Below are positions 50,351 to 62,300 of a stretch of 64,000 nucleotides of DNA, piece by piece. Each line of letters begins with the position of its first letter. The stretch's first letter is position 1. Below the pieces are notes generated by a model that was given only the letters and a program-made list of their open reading frames with translations, was not told the DNA's origin and did no database searches. The stretch comes from the human T2T-CHM13v2.0 reference genome, Homo sapiens: assembly GCF_009914755.1 (NCBI RefSeq), contig NC_060942.1; one strand, 5' to 3'. The translations under genes were made by a program, and so were the position numbers.

Positions 50351-53300
50351 CATTCTCAGAAACTTGTTTGTGATGTGTGCCCTCTACTGACAGAGTTGAA
50401 CCTTTCTTTTCATAGAGCAGTTTTGAAACACTCTTTTTGTAGAATCTGCAAGAGGATATTTGCATAGCTTTGAGGATTTCGTGGGAAACGGGATTATCTT
50501 CAGGTAAAATCTAGACAGAAGCATTCTCAGAAACTTCTTTGGGATGTTTGCATTCAAGTCACAGAGTAGAACATTCCCTTTGGTAGAGCAGGTTTGAAAC
50601 ACTCTTTTTGTAGTATCTGGAAGTGGACATTTGGAGCGCTTTCAGGCCTATGTTGGAAAGGGAAATATCTTCCCGTAACAACTAGGCAGAAGCATTCTCA
50701 GAAACTTATTTGAGATGTGTGTACTCAACTAAGAGAATTGAACCACCGTTTTGAAGGAGCAGTTTTGAAACACTCTTTTTCTGGAATCTGCAAGAGGATA
50801 TTTGCCTAGCCTTGAGGATTTCGTTGGAAACGGGATTGTCTTCAGATCAAATCTAGACAGAAGCATTCTCAGAAACTTCTTTGGGATGTTTGCATTCAAG
50901 TCACAGAGTAGAACATTCCCTTTGGTAGAGCAGGTTTGAAACACTCTTTTTTTAGTATATGGAAGTGGACATTTGGAGCGCTTTCAGGCCTACGTTGGAA
51001 AAGGAAATATCTTCCCATAACAACTAGACAGAAGCATTCTCAGAAACTAGTTTCTGATGTGTGTCCTCAACTAACACAGTTGAACATTTCTTTAGACAGA
51101 ACAGTTTTGAAACACTCTTTTTGTGGAATCTGCAAGTGGCTATTTGGCTAGATTTGAGGATTTCGTTGGAAACGGGATTACATATAAAAAGCAGACAGCA
51201 GCATTCTCAGAAAGTTCTTTGTGATGATTGCATTCAAGTCACAGAATTGAACATTCCCTTTCACAGAGCAGGTTTGAAACACTCTTTTTGTAGTGTTTGT
51301 AAGTGGACATTTGGAGCACTTTCCGGCCTAAGGTGAAAAAGGAAATATCTTCCCATAAAAACTAGACAGAAGCACTCTCAGAAACTTACTCGTGATGTGT
51401 GTCCTCAACTAAAGGAGTAGAACCTTTCTTTTCATAGAGAAGTTTTGAAACGCTCTTTTTGTGGAATCTGCAAGTGGATATTTGGCTAGTTTGGAGGATT
51501 TCGTTGGAAGCGGGAATTCATACAAATTGCAGACTGCAGCGTTCTGAGAAACATCTTTGTGATGTTTGTATTCAGGACACAGAGTTGAACATTCCCTATC
51601 ATAGAGCAGGTTTGAATCACTCCTTTTGTAGTATCTGGAAGTGGACATTTGGAGCGCTTTCAGGCCTATGTTGGAAAAGGAAATATCTTCCCATAACAAC
51701 TAGACAGAAGCATTCTCAGAAACTTATTTGAGATGTGTGTACTCAACTAAGAGAATTGAACCACCGTTTTGAAGGAGCAGTTTTGAAACACTCTTTTTCT
51801 GGAATCTGCAAGTGGATATTTGGCTAGCTTTGGGGATTTCGCTGGAAGCGGGAATACATATAAAAAGCACACAGCAGCGTTCTGAGAAACTGCTTTCTGA
51901 TGTTTGCATTCAAGTCAAAAGTTGAACACTCCCTTTCATAGTGCAGTCCTGAAACACTCCTTTTGTAGTATCTGGAACTGGACTTTTGGAGCGCTTTCAG
52001 GGCTAAGGTGAAAAAGGAAATATCTTCCCATAAAAACTGGACAGAAGCATTCTCAGAAACTTGTTTATGCTGTATCTACTCAACTAACAAAGTTGAACCT
52101 TTCTTTTGATAGAGCAGTTTTGAAATGCTCTTTTTGTGGAATCTGCAAGTGGATATTTGGCTAGTTTTGAGGATTTCGTTGGAAGCGGGAATTCATACAA
52201 ATTGCAGACTGCAGCGTTCTGAGAAACATGTTTGTGATGTTTGCATTCAGGACAGAGAGTTGAACATTCCCTATCATAGAGCAGGTTGGAATCACTCCTT
52301 TTGTAGTATCTGGAAGTGGACATTTGGAGCGCTTTCAGGCCTATGTTGAAAAAGGAAATATCTTCCCATAACAACTAGACACAAGCATTCTCAGAAACTT
52401 GTTTGTGATGTGTGCCCTCTACTGACAGAGTTGAACCTTTCTTTTCATAGAGCAGTTTTGAAACACTCTTTTTGTAGAATCTGCAAGAGGATATTTGCAT
52501 AGCTTTGAGGATTTCGTGGGAAACGGGATTGTCTTCAGGTAAAATCTAGACAGAAGCATTCTCAGAAACTTCTTTGGGATGTTTGCATTCAAGTCACAGA
52601 GTAGAACATTCCCTTTGGTAGAGCAGGTTTGAAACACTCTTTTTGTAGTATCTGGAAGTGGACATTTGGAGCGCTTTCAGGCCTATGTTGGAAAGGGAAA
52701 TATCTTCCGGTAACAACTAGGCAGAAGCATTCTCAGAAACTTATTTGAGATGTGTGTACTCAACTAAGAGAATTGAACCACCGTTTTGAAGGAGCAGTTT
52801 TGAAACACTCTTTTTCTGGAATCTGCAAGAGGATATTTGCCTAGCCTTGAGGATTTCGTTGGAAACGGGATTGTCTTCAGATCAAATCTAGACAGAAGCA
52901 TTCTCAGAAACTTCTTTGGGATGTTTGCATTCAAGTCACAGAGTAGAACATTCCCTTTGGTAGAGCAGGTTTGAAACACTCTTTTTTTAGTATATGGAAG
53001 TGGACATTTGGAGCGCTTTCAGGCCTACGTTGGAAAAGGAAATATCTTCCCATAACAACTAGACAGAAGCATTCTCAGAAACTAGTTTCTGATGTGTGTC
53101 CTCAACTAACACAGTTGAACATTTCTTTAGACAGAACAGTTTTGAAACTCTCTTTTTGTGGAATCTGCAAGTGGCTATTTGGCTAGATTTGAGGATTTCG
53201 TTGGAAACGGGATTACATATAAAAAGCAGACAGCAGCATTCTCAGAAAGTTCTTTGTGATGATTGCATTCAAGTCACAGAATTGAACATTCCCTTTCACA

Positions 53301-56300
53301 GAGCAGGTTTGAAACACTCTTTTTATAGTGTGTGTAAGTGGACATTTGGAGCACTTTCCGGCCTAAGGTGAAAAAGGAAATATCTTCCCATAAAAACTAG
53401 ACAGAAGCATTCTCAGAAACTTACTCGTGATGTGTGTCCTCAACTAAAGGAGTAGAACCTTTCTTTTCATAGAGAAGTTTTGAAACGCTCTTTTTGTGGA
53501 ATCTGCAAGTGGATATTTGGCTAGTTTGGAGGATTTCGTTGGAAGCGGGAATTCATACAAATTGCAGACTGCAGCGTTCTGAGAAACAACTTTGTGATGT
53601 TTGTATTCAGGACACAGAGTTGAACATTCCCTATCATAGAGCAGGTTGGAATCACTCCTTTTGTAGTATCTGGAAGTGGACATTTGGAGCGCTTTCAGGC
53701 CTATGTTGGAAAAGGAAATATCTTCCCATAACAACTAGACAGAAGCATTCTCAGAAACTTATTTGAGATGTGTGTACTCAACTAAGAGAATTGAACCACC
53801 GTTTTGAAGGAGCAGTTTTGAAACACTCTTTTTCTGGAATCTGCAAGTGGATATTTGGCTAGCTTTGGGGATTTCGCTGGAGGCGGCAATACATATAAAA
53901 AGCACACAGCAGCGTTCTGAGAAACTGCTTTCTGATGTTTGCATTCAAGTCAAAAGTTGAACACTCCCTTTCATAGAGCAGTCCTGAAACACTCCTTTTG
54001 TAGTATCTGGAACTGGACTTTTGGAGCGCTTTCAGGGCTAAGGTGAAAAAGGAAATATCTTCCCATAAAAACTGGACAGAAGCATTCTCAGAAACTTGTT
54101 TATGCTGTATCTACTCAACTAACAAAGTTGAACCTTTCTTTTGATAGAGCAGTTTTGAAATGCTCTTTTTGTGGAATCTGCAAGTGGATATTTGGCTAGT
54201 TTTGAGGATTTCGTTGGAAGCGGGAATTCATACAAATTGCAGACTGCAGCGTTCTGAGAAACATCTTTGTGATGTTTGTATTCAGGACAGAGAGTTGAAC
54301 ATTCCCTATCATAGAGCAGGTTGGAATCACTCCTTTTGTAGTATCTGGAAGTGGACATTTGGAGCGCTTTCTGGCCTATGTTGAAAAAGGAAATATCTTC
54401 CCATAACAACTAGGCACAAGCATTCTCAGAAACTTGTTTGTGATGTGTGCCCTCTACTGACAGAGTTGAACCTTTCTTTTCATAGAGCAGTTTTGAAACA
54501 CTCTTTTTGTAGAATCTGCAAGAGGATTTTTGCATAGCTTTGAGGATTTCGTGGGAAACGGGATTGTCTTCAGGTAAAATCTAGACAGAAGCATTCTCAG
54601 AAACTTCTTTAGGATGTTTGCATTCAAGTCACAGAGTAGAACATTCCCTTTGGTAGAGCAGGTTTGAAACACTCTTTTTGTAGTATCTGGAAGTGGACAT
54701 TTGGAGCGCTTTCAGGCCTATGTTGGAAAGGGAAATATCTTCCGGTAACAACTAGGCAGAAGCATTCTCAGAAACTTATTTGAGATGTGTGTACTCAACT
54801 AAGAGAATTGAACCACCGTTTTGAAGGAGCAGTTTTGAAACACTCTTTTTCTGGAATCTGCAAGAGGATATTTGCCTAGCTTTGAGGATTTCGTTGGAAA
54901 CGGGATTGTGTTCAGATCAAATCTAGACAGAAGCATTCTCAGAAACTTCTTTGGGATGTTTGCATTCAAGTCACAGAGTAGAACATTCCCTTTGGTAGAG
55001 CAGGTGTGAAACACTCTTTTTTTAGTATATGGAAGTGGACATTTGGAGCGCTTTCAGGCCTACGTTGGAAAAGGAAATATCTTCCCATAACAACTAGACA
55101 GAAGCATTCTCAGAAACTAGTTTCTGATGTGTGTCCTCAACTAACACAGTTGAACATTTCTTTAGACAGAACAGTTTTGAAACTCTCTTTTTGTGGAATC
55201 TGCAAGTGGCTATTTGGCTAGATTTGAGGATTTCGTTGGAAACGGGATTACATATAAAAAGCAGACAGCAGCATTCTCAGAAAGTTCTTTGTGATGATTG
55301 CATTCAAGTCACAGAATTGAACATTCCCTTTCACAGAGCAGGTTTGAAACACTCTTTTTGTAGTGTGTGTAAGTGGACATTTGGAGCACTTTCCGGCCTA
55401 AGGTGAGAAAGGAAATATCTTCCCATAAAAACTAGACAGAAGCATTCTCAGAAACTTACTCGTGATGTGTGTCCTCAACTAAAGGAGTAGAACCTTTCTT
55501 TCATAGAGAAGTTTTGAAACGCTCTTTTTGTGGAATCTGCAAGTGGATATTTGGCTAGTTTGGAGGATTTCGTTGGAAGCGGGAATTCATACAAATTGCA
55601 GACTGCAGCGTTCTGAGAAACATCTTTGTGATGTTTGTATTCAGGACACAGAGTTGAACATTCCCTATCATAGAGCAGGTTGGAATCACTCCTTTTGTAG
55701 TATCTGGAAGTGGACATTTGGAGCGCTTTCAGGCCTATGTTGGAAAAGGAAATATCTTCCCATAACAACTAGACAGAAGCATTCTCAGAAACTTATTTGA
55801 GATGTGTGTACTCAACTAAGAGAATTGAACCACCGTTTTGAAGGAGCAGTTTTGAAACACTCTTTTTCTGGAATCTGCAAGTGGATATTTGGCTAGCTTT
55901 GGGGATTTCGCTGGAGGCGGGAATACATATAAAAAGCACACAGCAGCGTTCTGAGAAACTGCTTTCTGATGTTTGCATTCAAGTCAAAAGTTGAACACTC
56001 CCTTTCATAGAGCAGTCCTGAAACACTCCTTTTGTAGTATCTGGAACTGGACTTTTGGAGCGCTTTCAGGGCTAAGGTGAAAAAGGAAATATCTTCCCAT
56101 AAAAACTGGACAGAAGCATTCTCAGAAACTTGTTTATGCTGTATCTACTCAACTAACAAAGTTGAACCTTTCTTTTGATAGAGGAGTTTTGAAATGCTCT
56201 TTTTGTGGAATCTGCAAGTGGATATTTGGCTAGTTTTGAGGATTTCGTTGGAAGCGGGAATTCATACAAATTGCAGACTGCAGCGTTCTGAGAAACATCT

Positions 56301-59300
56301 TTGTGATGTTTGCATTCAGGACAGAGAGTTGAACATTCCCTATCATAGAGCAGGTTGGAATCACTCCTTTTGTAGTATCTGGAAGTGGACATTTGGAGCG
56401 CTTTCTGGCCTATGTTGAAAAAGGAAATATCTTCCCATAACAACTAGACACAAGCATTCTCAGAAACTTGTTTGTGATGTGTGCCCTCTACTGACAGAGT
56501 TGAACCTTTCTTTTCATAGAGCAGTTTTGAAACACTCTTTTTGTAGAATCTGCAAGAGGATTTTTGCATAGCTTTGAGGATTTCGTGGGAAACGGGATTG
56601 TCTTCAGGTAAAATCTAGACAGAAGCATTCTCAGAAACTTCTTTGGGATGTTTGCATTCAAGTCACAGAGTAGAACATTCCCTTTGGTAGAGCAGGTTTG
56701 AAACACTCTTTTTGTAGTATCTGGAAGTGGACATTTGGAGCGCTTTCAGGCCTATGTTGGAAAGGGAAATATCTTCCGGTAACAACTAGGCAGAAGCATT
56801 CTCAGAAACTTATTTGAGATGTGTGTACTCAACTAAGAGAATTGAACCACCGTTTTGAAGGAGCAGTTTTGAAACACTCTTTTTCTGGAATCTGCAAGAG
56901 GATATTTGCCTAGCTTTGAGGATTTCGTTGGAAACGGGATTGTGTTCAGATCAAATCTAGACAGAAGCATTCTCAGAAACTTCTTTGGGATGTTTGCATT
57001 CAAGTCACAGAGTAGAACATTCCCTTTGGTAGAGCAGGTGTGAAACACTCTTTTTTTAGTATATGGAAGTGGACATTTGGAGCGCTTTCAGGCCTACGTT
57101 GGAAAAGGAAATATCTTCCCATAACAACTAGACAGAAGCATTCTCAGAAACTAGTTTCTGATGTGTGTCCTCAACTAACACAGTTGAACATTTCTTTAGA
57201 CAGAACAGTTTTGAAACTCTCTTTTTGTGGAATCTGCAAGTGGCTATTTGGCTAGATTTGAGGATTTCGTTGGAAACGGGATTACATATAAAAAGCAGAC
57301 AGCAGCATTCTCAGAAAGTTCTTTGTGATGATTGCATTCAAGTCACAGAATTGAACATTCCCTTTCACAGAGCAGGTTTGAAACACTCTTTTTGTAGTGT
57401 GTGTAAGTGGACATTTGGAGCACTTTCCGGCCTAAGGTGAGAAAGGAAATATCTTCCCATAAAAACTAGACAGAAGCATTCTCAGAAACTTACTCGTGAT
57501 GTGTGTCCTCAACTAAAGGAGTAGAACCTTTCTTTCATAGAGAAGTTTTGAAACGCTCTTTTTGTGGAATCTGCAAGTGGATATTTGGCTAGTTTGGAGG
57601 ATTTCGTTGGAAGCGGGAATTCATACAAATTGCAGACTGCAGCGTTCTGAGAAACATCTTTGTGATGTTTGTATTCAGGACACAGAGTTGAACATTCCCT
57701 ATCATAGAGCAGGTTGGAATCACTCCTTTTGTAGTATCTGGAAGTGGACATTTGGAGCGCTTTCAGGCCTATGTTGGAAAAGGAAATATCTTCCCATAAC
57801 AACTAGACAGAAGCATTCTCAGAAACTTATTTGAGATGTGTGTACTCAACTAAGAGAATTGAACCACCGTTTTGAAGGAGCAGTTTTGAAACACTCTTTT
57901 TCTGGAATCTGCAAGTGGATATTTGGCTAGCTTTGGGGATTTCGCTGGAGGCGGGAATACATATAAAAAGCACACAGCAGCGTTCTGAGAAACTGCTTTC
58001 TGATGTTTGCATTCAAGTCAAAAGTTGAACACTCCCTTTCATAGAGCAGTCCTGAAACACTCCTTTTGTAGTATCTGGAACTGGACTTTTGGAGCGCTTT
58101 CAGGGCTAAGGTGAAAAAGGAAATATCTTCCCATAAAAACTGGACAGAAGCATTCTCAGAAACTTGTTTATGCTGTATCTACTCAACTAACAAAGTTGAA
58201 CCTTTCTTTTGATAGAGCAGTTTTGAAATGCTCTTTTTGTGGAATCTGCAAGTGGATATTTGGCTAGTTTTGAGGATTTCGTTGGAAGCGGGAATTCATA
58301 CAAATTGCAGACTGCAGCGTTCTGAGAAACATCTTTGTGATGTTTGCATTCAGGACAGAGAGTTGAACATTCCCTATCATAGAGCAGGTTGGAATCACTC
58401 CTTTTGTAGTATCTGGAAGTGGACATTTGGAGCGCTTTCTGGCCTATGTTGAAAAAGGAAATATCTTCCCATAACAACTAGACACAAGCATTCTCAGAAA
58501 CTTGTTTGTGATGTGTGCCCTCTACTGACAGAGTTGAACCTTTCTTTTCATAGAGCAGTTTTGAAACACTCTTTTTGTAGAATCTGCAAGAGGATTTTTG
58601 CATAGCTTTGAGGATTTCGTGGGAAACGGGATTGTCTTCAGGTAAAATCTAGACAGAAGCATTCTCAGAAACTTCTTTGGGATGTTTGCATTCAAGTCAC
58701 AGAGTAGAACATTCCCTTTGGTAGAGCAGGTTTGAAACACTCTTTTTGTAGTATCTGGAAGTGGACATTTGGAGCGCTTTCAGGCCTATGTTGGAAAGGG
58801 AAATATCTTCCGGTAACAACTAGGCAGAAGCATTCTCAGAAACTTATTTGAGATGTGTGTACTCAACTAAGAGAATTGAACCACCGTTTTGAAGGAGCAG
58901 TTTTGAAACACTCTTTTTCTGGAATCTGCAAGAGGATATTTGCCTAGCTTTGAGGATTTCGTTGGAAACGGGATAGTGTTCAGATCAAATCTAGACAGAA
59001 GCATTCTCAGAAACTTCTTTGGGATGTTTGCATTCAAGTCACAGAGTAGAACATTCCCTTTGGTAGAGCAGGTGTGAAACACTCTTTTTTTAGTATATGG
59101 AAGTGGACATTTGGAGCGCTTTCAGGCCTACGTTGGAAAAGGAAATATCTTCCCATAACAACTAGACAGAAGCATTCTCAGAAACTAGTTTCTGATGTGT
59201 GTCCTCAACTAACACAGTTGAACATTTCTTTAGACAGAACAGTTTTGAAACACTCTTTTTGTGGAATCTGCAAGTGGCTATTTGGCTAGATTTGAGGATT

Positions 59301-62300
59301 TCGTTGGAAACGGGATTACATATAAAAAGCAGACAGCAGCATTCTCAGAAAGTTCTTTGTGATGATTGCATTCAAGTCACAGAATTGAACATTCCCTTTC
59401 ACAGAGCAGGTTTGAAACACTCTTTTTGTAGTGTGTGTAAGTGGACATTTGGAGCACTTTCCGGCCTAAGGTGAAAAAGGAAATATCTTCCCATAAAAAC
59501 TAGACAGAAGCACTCTCAGAAACTTACTCGTGATGTGTGTCCTCAACTAAAGGAGTAGAACCTTTCTTTTCATAGAGAAGTTTTGAAACGCTCTTTTTGT
59601 GGAATCTGCAAGTGGATATTTGGCTACTTTGGAGGATTTCGTTGGAAGCGGGAATTCATACAAATTGCAGACTGCAGCGTTCTGAGAAACATCTTTGTGA
59701 TGTTTGTATTCAGGACACAGAGTTGAACATTCCCTATCATAGAGCAGGTTTGAATCACTCCTTTTGTAGTATCTGGAAGTGGACATTTGGAGCGCTTTCA
59801 GGCCTATGTTGGAAAAGGAAATATCTTCCCATAACAACTAGACAGAAGCATTCTCAGAAACTTATTTGAGATGTGTGTACTCAACTAAGAGAATTGAACC
59901 ACCGTTTTGAAGGAGCAGTTTTGAAACACTCTTTTTCTGGAATCTGCAAGTGGATATTTGGCTAGCTTTGGGGATTTCGCTGGAAGCGGGAATACATATA
60001 AAAAGCACACAGCAGCGTTCTGAGAAACTGCTTTCTGATGTTTGCATTCAAGTCAAAAGTTGAACACTCCCTTTCATAGTGCAGTCCTGAAACACTCCTT
60101 TTGTAGTATCTGGAACTGGACTTTTGGAGCGCTTTCAGGGCTAAGGTGAAAAAGGAAATATCTTCTCATAAAAACTGGACAGAAGCATTCTCAGAAACTT
60201 GTTTATGCTGTATATACTCAACTAACAAAGTTGAACCTTTCTTTTGATAGAGCAGTTTTGAAATGCTCTTTTTGTGGAATCTGCAAGTGGATATTTGGCT
60301 AGTTTTGAGGATTTCGTTGGAAGCGGGAATTCATACAAATTGCAGACTGCAGCGTTCTGAGAAACATCTTTGTGATGTTTGTATTCAGGACAGAGAGTTG
60401 AACATTCCCTATCATAGAGCAGGTTGGAATCACTCCTTTTGTAGTATCTGGAAGTGGACATTTGGAGCGCTTTCAGGCCTATGTTGAAAAAGGAAATATC
60501 TTCCCATAACAACTAGACACAAGCATTCTCAGAAACTTGTTTGTGATGTGTGCCCTCTACTGACAGAGTTGAACCTTTCTTTTCATAGAGCAGTTTTGAA
60601 ACACTCTTTGTGTAGAATCTGCAAGAGGATATTTGCATAGCTTTGAGGATTTCGTGGGAAACGGGATTGTCTTCAGGTAAAATCTAGACAGAAGCATTCT
60701 CAGAAACTTCTTTGGGATGTTTGCATTCAAGTCACAGAGGAGAACATTCCCTTTGGTAGAGCAGGTTTGAAACACTCTTTTTGTAGTATCTGGAAGTGGA
60801 CATTTGGAGCGCTTTCAGGCCTATGTTGGAAAGGGAAATATCTTCCCGTAACAACTAGGCAGAAGCATTCTCAGAAACTTATTTGAGATGTGTGTACTCA
60901 ACTAAGAGAATTGAACCACCGTTTTGAAGGAGCAGTTTTGAAACACTCTTTTTCTGGAATCTGCAAGAGGATATTTGCCTAGCCTTGAGGATTTCGTTGG
61001 AAACGGGATTGTCTTCAGATCAAATCTAGACAGAAGCATTCTCAGAAACTTCTTTGGGATGTTTGCATTCAAGTCACAGAGTAGAACATTCCCTTTGGTA
61101 GAGCAGGTTTGAAACACTCTTTTTTTAGTATATGGAAGTGGACATTTGGAGCGCTTTCAGGCCTACGTTGGAAAAGGAAATATCTTCCCATAACAACTAG
61201 ACAGAAGCATTCTCAGAAACTAGTTTCTGATGTGTGTCCTCAACTAACACAGTTGAACATTTCTTTAGACAGAACAGTTTTGAAACACTCTTTTTGTGGA
61301 ATCTGCAAGTGGCTATTTGGCTAGATTTGAGGATTTCGTTGGAAACGGGATTACATATAAAAAGCAGACAGCAGCATTCTCAGAAAGTTCTTTGTGATGA
61401 TTGCATTCAAGTCACAGAATTGAACATTCCCTTTCACAGAGCAGGTTTGAAACACTCTTTTTGTAGTGTGTGTAAGTGGACATTTGGAGCACTTTCCGGC
61501 CTAAGGTGAAAAAGGAAATATCTTCCCATAAAAACTAGACAGAAGCACTCTCAGAAACTTACTCGTGATGTGTGTCCTCAACTAAAGGAGTAGAACCTTT
61601 CTTTTCATAGAGAAGTTTTGAAACGCTCTTTTTGTGGAATCTGCAAGTGGATATTTGGCTAGTTTGGAGGATTTCGTTGGAAGCGGGAATTCATACAAAT
61701 TGCAGACTGCAGCGTTCTGAGAAACATCTTTGTGATGTTTGTATTCAGGACACAGAGTTGAACATTCCCTATCATAGAGCAGGTTTGAATCACTCCTTTT
61801 GTAGTATCTGGAAGTGGACATTTGGAGCGCTTTCAGGCCTATGTTGGAAAAGGAAATATCTTCCCATAACAACTAGACAGAAGCATTCTCAGAAACTTAT
61901 TTGAGATGTGTGTACTCAACTAAGAGAATTGAACCACCGTTTTGAAGGAGCAGTTTTGAAACACTCTTTTTCTGGAATCTGCAAGTGGATATTTGGCTAG
62001 CTTTGGGGATTTCGCTGGAAGCGGGAATACATATAAAAAGCACACAGCAGCGTTCTGAGAAACTGCTTTCTGATGTTTGCATTCAAGTCAAAAGTTGAAC
62101 ACTCCCTTTCATAGTGCAGTCCTGAAACACTCCTTTTGTAGTATCTGGAACTGGACTTTTGGAGCGCTTTCAGGGCTAAGGTGAAAAAGGAAATATCTTC
62201 CCATAAAAACTGGACAGAAGCATTCTCAGAAACTTGTTTATGCTGTATCTACTCAACTAACAAAGTTGAACCTTTCTTTTGATAGAGCAGTTTTGAAATG

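Larger units (their letters stand above)
37457..56454 (+). repeat. Tandem block duplication of 9499 bp (12,8,12,12,12-mer) x2
   Basis: Rare variants recur at an offset of 9499: 39321/48820, 40226/49725, 45112/54611, 46685/56184. The 8-mer recurs at the same offset. Confidence 0.9.
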
